Shown in pieces: positions 16,189-23,157 of a stretch of DNA of 33,932 nucleotides (the first letter of the stretch is position 1; the number at the start of each line of letters is the position of its first letter). The stretch comes from Actinomycetes bacterium (GTDB lineage Bacteria; Actinomycetota; Actinomycetes; Streptosporangiales; Streptosporangiaceae). The stretch is taken from positions 1 through 33,932 of the forward strand of contig JAOPYP010000247.1 in the NCBI GenBank assembly GCA_025964635.1, given 5' to 3'. Both the position numbers and the translations under genes were made by a program. The notes under the pieces were generated by a model. It worked only from the letters and a program-made list of their open reading frames with translations, searched no databases and was not told the DNA's origin.

Positions 16189-16404
16189 AGCCGTGCCTCC
16201 CCTGCAGTGCGTCCGCGCACGGTACTCCCTCACTCTGGCCGGCAGGCGCTGAGGTCACCGAGCGTATACACGACGGCCCGTGCGCACGGCCAGATGCGCG
16301 GAGCGCCCTCCCACGTGACCCTAGGCCGGGAACATGAGAGATTCGTGAACGGCCTTCACGGCGCCCGCCTGACCCGGCCCGGATCCTCTCTAGGATCACC
16401 AGGT

Positions 16405-16920
16405 ATGCCAGAACCGACCGCCGGGGTCGTCGAGATCTTCACGGATGGTGCGTGCTCCCCCAATCCGGGCCCGGGCGGATGGGGAGCCATCCTGCGGTAT
16501 GGCCGCCATAGCAAGGAGATCTACGGCGGGGAGCCGGCGACCACGAACAACCGGATGGAAATCATGGCGGCCATCCAGGGGCTGGAGAGCCTGACCCGGC
16601 CGTCGGCCGTGCACGTGCACACCGACAGCGAGTACCTGCGCAAGGGCATCACGCAGTGGCTGCCCACCTGGAAGCGCAATGGCTGGCAGACCACGGAGAA
16701 GAAGCCAGTCAAGAACGCCGACCTGTGGATGCGGCTGGACTCAGCGACCCGGGACCACGCCGTTCAGTGGTTCTGGGTCAAGGGTCACGCGGGACATCCG
16801 GAAAACGAGCGCGCCGACGAGCTGGCCGGCCGTGGGTCCGCGGAAGCCGCCGCTCACGACCCGGCCGCGTGCCGCCCGGACGTGTCCGCCGCCGGCTCGG
16901 CCCGGCGCGCCCGCAGGTAA
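16405..16920 (+). CDS. rnhA: Ribonuclease HI
   Basis: Track ORF 16207..16920 trimmed to the ATG at 16405. Motifs [39 protein letters not shown] and [14 protein letters not shown]. The C-terminal tail overlaps the convergent dedA. Confidence 0.9.
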   Translation: MPEPTAGVVEIFTDGACSPNPGPGGWGAILRYGRHSKEIYGGEPATTNNRMEIMAAIQGLESLTRPSAVHVHTDSEYLRKGITQWLPTWKRNGWQTTEKKPVKNADLWMRLDSATRDHAVQWFWVKGHAGHPENERADELAGRGSAEAAAHDPAACRPDVSAAGSARRARR

Positions 16921-17489
16921 CGCCACACGGCGATGGCCAGGGCGATCACCACGATGGCGGCGATGATGTAGGTCGGGCCCTTGAAGCCGTCGACGATCGA
17001 GTGCCAGTTGGCGCCGACCGCGTAGCCGGCGTAGGCCAGTGCCGCCGTCCAGGGGATGCAGCCGATGGTGGTGTAGATCCCGAACCGGACCGGGTCCATG
17101 TCCGCGATGCCCGCGGGCAGCGAGATGAAGGTCCGGATCACGGGCAGCAGGCGGCCGATCAGGACGGCCCGCGGGCCGTAGCGATCGAACCACGCGTTGG
17201 CCCGGTCGAGTTCGTGCTCACGGATCCGCAGCCGGGCGCCCCACCGCCGCAGCGCGGGCTGGCCGCCGTAGCGGCCCACGGCCCAGGCGACGTAGCTGCC
17301 GACGACGTTACCGAGAACGCCGGCGATGATCACGCCGGCCAGGTTGAGTTTCGTTCCGGGGACGGCCCCGGCGGCCAGCGCGCCGCCGAACGTCATGATC
17401 AGCTCGGAGGGAATCGGGATGCACGCCGACTCCAGCAGCATGAGCAGGAAGATGGCGAGGTACCCGTACGTGGCGATCAGATGCTGCAT
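16854..17489 (-). CDS. dedA: DedA family membrane protein (paralog 2), translationally coupled to uppP
   Basis: Full track ORF. Motifs [25 protein letters not shown] and [18 protein letters not shown]. Its ATG overlaps the uppP TAA (TAATG at 17487-17491). Confidence 0.85.
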   Translation of the reverse strand: MQHLIATYGYLAIFLLMLLESACIPIPSELIMTFGGALAAGAVPGTKLNLAGVIIAGVLGNVVGSYVAWAVGRYGGQPALRRWGARLRIREHELDRANAWFDRYGPRAVLIGRLLPVIRTFISLPAGIADMDPVRFGIYTTIGCIPWTAALAYAGYAVGANWHSIVDGFKGPTYIIAAIVVIALAIAVWRYLRARRAEPAADTSGRHAAGS

Positions 17490-18505
17490 TACTTCACCAG
17501 GCCTAGGTAGAGGACGCTGGCCACGCCAGCGATCAGGCAGTAGACCCCGAACGGGGTGAGGGTGCGGGTCCGCAGGTACCGGAGAAGAAAGCGTACCGAC
17601 AGGTACGCCCCGACGCCGGACAGCACGCTGCCGAGCAGGATCTGGCCGCGGATCCCGCTGCCGAGCGGGCCGAGCAGGTCAGGGATCTTCAGTGCGCCGG
17701 CAGCCAGGATAACCGGAGTGGCCAGCAGGAAGGCGAACCGGGCCGCATCCTCGCGGGACAGCCCGCGCGCCATGCCGGCGACCATGGTGACCCCGTCCCG
17801 GCTGATGCCGGCCAGCAGGGCCAGGATCTGCGCGGAGCCCACCACGACCGCCCGCGGGTAGCCCATCTGGGCCAGCCGCCGGTCGGCCTGGATCGCCTCA
17901 GCCTGCTCCTGCTGGCGCACCGTGCGGTCCCCGGCGCGGGCATGGGCCCCCGCCGGGCTCCGGCCCGCGGCCACGAGTTCTGGCTCGCGGGCCTGGATCA
18001 GCCCGGGGTCCCGTTCCGCGGCGATCACGGCGTCGGCGGCCCGCGAGGCCCGGCTGCGGTAGCGTTCCCCGGCGATGAGGATGACGCCGTTCACCGCGAG
18101 GAAGATGCCCGCGATGATCGGCTTGCCGAAGATCACCCGGAACGCGTGCTCGAACAGCAGGCCGACGATCCCGACCGGGATGGTGGCCAGGATGATCATC
18201 CAGGCCAGCTTCTGGTCCTCGGTGCGCACCCGGCGGTCCCGTATCGAGCTGAAGAAGCCACCGATGATCCGGATCCAGTCCCGCCAGAAGTAGATGAGGA
18301 GCGCGATCGCGGTGGCCACGTGCAGCCCGACGATGAACGCGAGATAGGGCGACTCAGTGGCGGACACGTTGAGGTCGCGGGCCCAGGACCCGCCGATGAT
18401 GGCCGGGATCAGCACGTTGTGGCCGAGGCTGGAGACCGGGAACATCTCGGAGACGCCCTGGACGAGGCCGACCACGGCCGCCTCCAGGTAAGTCAGTTGT
18501 GTCAT
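17489..18505 (-). CDS. uppP: Undecaprenyl-diphosphate phosphatase (UppP/BacA)
   Basis: Track ORF 17489..19321 trimmed to the ATG at 18503-18505 (MTQLTYLEAAVVGLVQGVSEMFPVSSLGH...) with a GAAGGG RBS. Second signature LAGISRDGVTM. Carries a hydrophilic insertion of about 60 aa mid-protein. Confidence 0.9.
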   Translation of the reverse strand: MTQLTYLEAAVVGLVQGVSEMFPVSSLGHNVLIPAIIGGSWARDLNVSATESPYLAFIVGLHVATAIALLIYFWRDWIRIIGGFFSSIRDRRVRTEDQKLAWMIILATIPVGIVGLLFEHAFRVIFGKPIIAGIFLAVNGVILIAGERYRSRASRAADAVIAAERDPGLIQAREPELVAAGRSPAGAHARAGDRTVRQQEQAEAIQADRRLAQMGYPRAVVVGSAQILALLAGISRDGVTMVAGMARGLSREDAARFAFLLATPVILAAGALKIPDLLGPLGSGIRGQILLGSVLSGVGAYLSVRFLLRYLRTRTLTPFGVYCLIAGVASVLYLGLVK

Positions 18506-18617
18506 GCCAGGCCCTTCACTGAAAGATCGATGTGGTGCTCCACGTCCCCTCACCGGCGGGATGCGCTGCTCGGCTCGCCGGGCGGGAAGCCTGGGTGGCA
18601 TACTCGAAGGCGTGGGT

Positions 18618-18654
18618 TCTACAGTAACTGTAGAGCATCTACAGGATTTGTAGA
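18618..18654. promoter_or_regulatory. Tandem BlaI-type operators TCTACAGTAACTGTAGA and TCTACAGGATTTGTAGA
   Basis: Sites at 18618-18634 (perfect 7-bp arms) and 18638-18654 (6/7), with centres 20 bp apart, in the 177-bp divergent region between uppP and the blaI-like gene. They contain the TACA/TGTA half-sites typical of BlaI/MecI/CopY operators. Confidence 0.65.
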
Positions 18655-18682
18655 TCCTATCCGAGCATGAGAGGCGGCCGGC

Positions 18683-19141
18683 GTGGGTGGTGAAGGTCCC
18701 CGGCAGGCGCCCGGCGTCGAGCGGCGGGCGGCCGGGGCGCTGGAAGCCGAGATCCTCGCGATCCTGCGCGAGGCGGACGGCCCGCTCAGCCCCGGTGAGG
18801 TCCGCCAGCGGCTCACGCCCCGGCCGCCCGCGGACGAGGGACCCCAGGGAGAGCTGTCGTACAGCACGGTGGTGACCATCGTGTCCCGGCTGCACGCCAA
18901 GGGCCTGCTGGCCCGCCAGCGGGCCGGCCGCGGGTTCACCTACACGCCGCTCGACGACGCGAGCCTGGCCGCCAGCCGCATGGCCCAGGTGCTGCTCGGC
19001 AGCGAAAACGATCACGACGCGGTGCTCAGCCGGTTCGTATCCGGGCTTTCCAGCCGGGACGCCCGGCTCCTCCGCCAGCTGCTGGCGGGGGACACCGGCG
19101 CGGCCGGCGCCGATCCACGCCCGGCCGGGGAACAGGGGTAG
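18683..19141 (+). CDS. BlaI/MecI/CopY-family transcriptional repressor
   Basis: Full track ORF with a GTG start and a GAGAGG RBS. Winged-helix pattern LEAEILAILREADGPLSPGEVRQRL...LSYSTVVTIVSRLHAKGLLARQRAGRGFTYTPL plus a C-terminal helical dimerisation region. Confidence 0.85.
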   Translation: MGGEGPRQAPGVERRAAGALEAEILAILREADGPLSPGEVRQRLTPRPPADEGPQGELSYSTVVTIVSRLHAKGLLARQRAGRGFTYTPLDDASLAASRMAQVLLGSENDHDAVLSRFVSGLSSRDARLLRQLLAGDTGAAGADPRPAGEQG

Positions 19142-19145
19142 GCAC

Positions 19146-20090
19146 ATGTGGCTGCTGTACCTGCCCCTGGTGATCCCGGCCCTGGCCGGAGCGACCGCCC
19201 GCCCGCTCGCCACCCGCCTGGAGCCGCGCCACGCGACCTGGCTGCTCACCTCCGCCGCCGTGGCCCTGGCCGCGTGCAGCATGGCCGCGCTGGCGCTGCT
19301 CGCCGCGTACGCCGCCGCCAAGGCGCCCTTCCTGGCCGCGGCCGGGGGCTACTCGCAGGAGGTCATGCGGCGCGGTGACCCGATTTCCGCGGCCGCGGGC
19401 GCGGCCGCCGCGCTGGCCCTCACCGGGGGCGCCGTGGCGGTCGCGGTGATGTTCCGCAACCGGGCCCGGGCCCTGGCCGAGTCGTACCGGCGCGCCGCCG
19501 GGCTGCAGCCCGAGGACGGCATCGTCGTCGTGCCCGGCCCGGCCATCGAGGCGTACGCGCTGCCCGGCCTGCCGGGCCGCATCGTGGTCTCGGGGCGCCT
19601 GCTCGACTGCCTGGACGACCGCCGCCGGGCCGCGCTCATCGCTCACGAGCAGGCCCATCTGGCCAGCCGGCATCATCTGTTCAGCGCCGTGGCCCGCCTC
19701 GCCGCCGCGGCCAACCCGCTGCTGATCCCGGTGGCCCGCGCGGTCGATTACACCGTGGAGCGCTGGGCTGACGAGCACGCCGCCTCCGTGACCAGCGACC
19801 GCAGGCTGGTGGCCCAGACCATCGGCCAGGTGGCCCTCCTGGCCGGGACCCGCCGCGAGCGGGTGGCCGGGATGGCCCTGGGCATCATCGGGCCGCGCGC
19901 CCCGCGGGTCTCGCTGGCCTGGGCCGGCCCCGTGCCCCGCCGCGTTGCCGCCCTGCTCACCGCACCGCCGCGGCGCCAGACCATCCTCCTCGCCGCGTGC
20001 ACGGTGATCGTCCTGATGGCCGGGGTAGCCGCCCTGCTCGCGGCCCGGGACCTGCACGCCCTGCTCGAACTCGCCCAGGGCACCCGGTAG
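19146..20090 (+). CDS. BlaR1/M56-like membrane zinc metalloprotease lacking a penicillin-binding sensor domain
   Basis: Full track ORF that starts 4 nt after the repressor stop. Four predicted TM segments, HEQAH zinc motif and a downstream ERWADE glutamate. At 314 aa there is no room for a C-terminal transpeptidase-like sensor. Confidence 0.85.
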   Translation: MWLLYLPLVIPALAGATARPLATRLEPRHATWLLTSAAVALAACSMAALALLAAYAAAKAPFLAAAGGYSQEVMRRGDPISAAAGAAAALALTGGAVAVAVMFRNRARALAESYRRAAGLQPEDGIVVVPGPAIEAYALPGLPGRIVVSGRLLDCLDDRRRAALIAHEQAHLASRHHLFSAVARLAAAANPLLIPVARAVDYTVERWADEHAASVTSDRRLVAQTIGQVALLAGTRRERVAGMALGIIGPRAPRVSLAWAGPVPRRVAALLTAPPRRQTILLAACTVIVLMAGVAALLAARDLHALLELAQGTR

Positions 20091-20120
20091 CAGGCCCGGC
20101 CCGGGCCTGACCAGGGTCAG
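20091..20120. terminator. GC-rich palindromes between convergent genes
   Basis: CAGGCCCGG-C-CCGGGCCTG (20091-20109) overlaps CTGACC-AG-GGTCAG (20107-20120), between the stops at 20090 (+) and 20165 (-). Confidence 0.35.
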
Positions 20121-20164
20121 CGACCCGCCGCGAGCGGCCGTCCAAACCGGCGCGATCGCCTGCG

Positions 20165-20938
20165 TCAGCGGATCGCCTCGAGCAGCTGGTCCGGGGTCTC
20201 GACCTGGGGCATGTGGCCGGAGTCCTTGAGCACCTCGAACCGGGCCTCCGGAATGGCGTCCGCCCAGGCGCGGCCGTACCCGGGCGTCACGATCTGGTCG
20301 CTGTCGCCCCACAGCACCAGGGTCGGGATCTCCACGGCCGCGAGGCGCCCGCGGAGCGTGGGGTCGCCGCTCATCGTCGCTCCCCCCGAGTAGGTGACGA
20401 GGGCGGCACGGTTGGCCGCCCCGATCTGCTGCGCGGCGGGCGGCAGCGTGGCGGGGTCGATGGCGAACGGTGCCGGGTCGTGGAAGCTGAGCGGGAACAC
20501 CTGGTCCATCCGCAGCGAGAAGAAGTCGGCAGGGGGGTGCTCGGGAACCTGGATGCCGACGGCGTCGATGAGGATGACCCGGCTGATGCGGGGTGAGTTG
20601 AGGATGGCCATCTCGGCGGCGATCCAGCCGCCGATTGAGTTCCCGGCCACCGTGACGTCGGCCAGGCCGAGCTGGTCCAGCAGGGCGACGTAGACCGCGG
20701 CGAGGCCACCGGCCGTGTGCAGGGCCTCAGGGCGGGAGGTGCCGCCGAAACCGGGATGGATCGGGTTGAGCACCCGGACGTGCTCGGAGGTGGCGAGCCG
20801 CCCGCCGAAGCGCGCGGTCGTGTCGGGCCCGCCGCCCCCGTGCAGCAGCAGGAACGGCTGGCCTTCGCCGTTTTCGTCGACCGTCACGTCAACGGGGCCG
20901 ATGCCGTCGGCGTTCACGGTGTAGGTGGTGGCGGTCAT
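20165..20938 (-). CDS. Alpha/beta-fold hydrolase
   Basis: Full track ORF with an AGGAGA RBS. Oxyanion LLHGGGGP, nucleophile elbow GNSIGG and C-terminal SGHMPQVE His motif. Confidence 0.85.
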   Translation of the reverse strand: MTATTYTVNADGIGPVDVTVDENGEGQPFLLLHGGGGPDTTARFGGRLATSEHVRVLNPIHPGFGGTSRPEALHTAGGLAAVYVALLDQLGLADVTVAGNSIGGWIAAEMAILNSPRISRVILIDAVGIQVPEHPPADFFSLRMDQVFPLSFHDPAPFAIDPATLPPAAQQIGAANRAALVTYSGGATMSGDPTLRGRLAAVEIPTLVLWGDSDQIVTPGYGRAWADAIPEARFEVLKDSGHMPQVETPDQLLEAIR

Positions 20939-20968
20939 GGTGTCTCCTGGGTGGTTGAGAGGGGCCGG

Positions 20969-21430
20969 TTACCGGGCGAAGCCGGTGGCGGGAACCGTGG
21001 CGTACCGGCCCATCACCTGGATGGTCGCGGCGGGGGTGAGGGCCCGGCCGCCGGCGATCATGTCGCGCAGATCCCTGAAGTACTGCACGTAGAGATCGGG
21101 CGTGAAGGTGTTGAGCAGCACGGCAGGCTCATCACCCGGGTTGGCGAACGTGTGCGGGGCGCCCGGCGGGACCATGACCAGGGTGCCCGCGGGTGCCTCG
21201 TGGGTCGTGTCCGCGACGGTGAAGCGCGCGGTCCCCGAGACGACGTAGAAGCCCTCATCGTGCCGGGCGTGCCGGTGCTGCGGCGGCCCCTCGGTGTGCG
21301 GGGCGAGCGTGATCTCGCCCATCCCGAGGCGGTGCCCGGTCGTGTGGCCATCCTCGAGGATGCGCATCTGGGTGGGTCCGAGGCGGATCACCTCGCCGCC
21401 TGCCGGCCCGACCACGGAAACCTCGGTCAT
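20969..21430 (-). CDS. Cupin-domain protein
   Basis: Track ORF 20969..21514 trimmed to the ATG at 21428-21430, which is preceded by AAGGGAG. Cupin motifs PQHRHARHDEGFYVVSG and GTLVMVPPGAPHTF. Confidence 0.8.
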   Translation of the reverse strand: MTEVSVVGPAGGEVIRLGPTQMRILEDGHTTGHRLGMGEITLAPHTEGPPQHRHARHDEGFYVVSGTARFTVADTTHEAPAGTLVMVPPGAPHTFANPGDEPAVLLNTFTPDLYVQYFRDLRDMIAGGRALTPAATIQVMGRYATVPATGFAR

Positions 21431-21541
21431 GTGCTCCCTTTCGTGAGAGTGAACTGTCATGACTATAGAGGTCTGGCATCCGTAATGCAAGCTGACTATC
21501 ATGAAGAGGGTCAACTAGCATGTGAGCTGGGGAGGGGCCGA

Positions 21542-22141
21542 ATGACCACCACCGAGGACGACACCGGGCGGGCCAACCAGAAGAAGCGCACCCGCATGGC
21601 GATCGTGGCGGCCTGCCGGGAGATCATCCGCTCGGGCTCCCCGCTGACGATGCCGGCGGTCGCCCGGGCCGCGCTGGTCTCGGAGGCGACGGCCTACCGC
21701 TACTTTCCTGACCTGCCCGCCCTGCTGAACCAGGCTTTCCCCGGCATGTGGCCCAGCCCGGCCGAGGCGCTCGCCCCGGTGGCGGATTCCGCCGATCCCG
21801 TCGAGCGGATCGCCTTCGCGTGCGAGTTCCTGCTGCGCGGCGTGCTCGCGTACCAGGGAGCGGTCCGGGCCATGATCGCGGCCACCATCACCCACCCCGA
21901 GCTGGCGTCCACCCGGCCGGGTCTCCGCTTCGGGCTGATCGATCAGGCCCTGGTCCCGCCGGACGGCACGCTAGTGGCCACGGATCCTGCGGGGCTGGCC
22001 CAGCTCAAGCGGGACCTGGCCGCGGTGGTCAGCGCGGAAGCTCTCTTCGTCCTGACCGACCTGGCCGGGCTCGCCCCTGACGATGCGGTCGCCAGTCTTG
22101 TCCGCACCGCGACGACCATCACGAAGGCCGCCCTCCAGTAG
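21542..22141 (+). CDS. TetR-family transcriptional regulator
   Basis: Track ORF 20717..22141 trimmed to the ATG at 21542, which is preceded by GGGGAGGGG. HTH region RTRMAIVAACREIIRSGSPLTMPAVARAALVSEATAYRYFPD. Divergent from the cupin-hydrolase operon. Confidence 0.85.
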   Translation: MTTTEDDTGRANQKKRTRMAIVAACREIIRSGSPLTMPAVARAALVSEATAYRYFPDLPALLNQAFPGMWPSPAEALAPVADSADPVERIAFACEFLLRGVLAYQGAVRAMIAATITHPELASTRPGLRFGLIDQALVPPDGTLVATDPAGLAQLKRDLAAVVSAEALFVLTDLAGLAPDDAVASLVRTATTITKAALQ

Positions 22142-22873
22142 GCCCGGCCGGTAGATCGGGTGCGGCAGCTCCCGCGGCGTTCCGCGGCATATTTCCCACT
22201 GGCCGGCGGGGCAGGCTGGCCGGGGAGCAGGCGGGGCGGCGTCCCGGTCCCGCGGGAGATAACGCTGGCGCCGCGCCGGCCCCCGGGCCGCCCGGGCGCC
22301 GAGGGCGGCAGCGATCAGCACGCCGGAGCCCATGACCACGAAGAACGCCGGGTAGGCGTAGAGCAGCCGCGCCGCGTGGCTGCCCAGGGCCGGCAGGTCC
22401 AGCAGCCCGGCCAGAACGAAGGCCTGCCAGGTCAGGGGGGTTTCACTGCCTGGATGCCGGTAGGCGCTGACCATGACGAGGGCCATGGCCGCACCCTCCA
22501 CGCCCAGGACGAGGCACATCGCCGTCCCGGGGGCGTGCGCGAACGGCCAGATGGCCATGACCCCCGCGGCCCCGCCGAGCAGGACCCAGCGGCCGGCGCC
22601 GAAACGCCACCCGCCGCGGGCGGCCAGCACCGCGAGTACCGCGGCCGTACCCGCCAGCTGCAGCGCCGCGAGGCTCAGCGCCGCCCACGGGGGATGCTGG
22701 GCGGCCTGGACCGCCAGCAGGACGCTGTACTCCACCGTCCAGATGAGCCAGGCGGCCGGATCAGGGTCGCTGGTCCGCCGCCAGGCGTCCCGGAGGTAGG
22801 GGATGTAGCCGGCCAGGCCGGTCAGCCCGGCCAGCAGGCCCCATGCCGCCGGGGACAGGAGGAGGTGCCTCAT
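21971..22873 (-). CDS. Integral membrane protein, unknown function, with a long non-membrane tail
   Basis: Full track ORF. About six hydrophobic segments in the first 200 aa or so (GYIPYLRDAWRRTSDPDPAAWLIWTVEY...). The last 100 aa or so are Arg/Pro/Gly-rich and overlap the 3' end of the convergent TetR gene. Confidence 0.6.
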   Translation of the reverse strand: MRHLLLSPAAWGLLAGLTGLAGYIPYLRDAWRRTSDPDPAAWLIWTVEYSVLLAVQAAQHPPWAALSLAALQLAGTAAVLAVLAARGGWRFGAGRWVLLGGAAGVMAIWPFAHAPGTAMCLVLGVEGAAMALVMVSAYRHPGSETPLTWQAFVLAGLLDLPALGSHAARLLYAYPAFFVVMGSGVLIAAALGARAARGPARRQRYLPRDRDAAPPAPRPACPAGQWEICRGTPRELPHPIYRPGLLEGGLRDGRRGADKTGDRIVRGEPGQVGQDEESFRADHRGQVPLELGQPRRIRGH

Positions 22874-23157
22874 CGGCCGACGCTCGCCTGCGCTCGCACC
22901 CGCATGGAAGGCGCCTTTCGCTCGCTGGCGGCCCGCGGTTTCCCCGCGGCCGGGAACTGCGCTCTCAGCGTGCGCCGGCCGCCCGGGCGGACATGTTGCA
23001 GCCGCCCTGACGCCTCTCTTGCCGCCCAGGTCACAGACCGGGCGGGTGGGTTCCGGGCGGGCCGCCCGTGATCGCCGGCGGTCGTGATCGCCGGGCGGCA
23101 GTAATCAGGACCGGGCCGGCCGCCACAGCGCGCCGGCCGTGCCCGGCCGTGTCCGGG

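Noticed and set aside
18506-19321. N-terminal 270-aa extension of the uppP track ORF (17489..19321)
   Set aside because: The extension runs antisense through the blaI-like gene and the operator region. UppP homology begins at MTQLTYLEAAVVG (ATG 18505), which has its own RBS.
20717-21541. Upstream part of track ORF 20717..22141
   Set aside because: It is antisense to the hydrolase and cupin genes. TetR homology starts at ATG 21542, which has a strong RBS.
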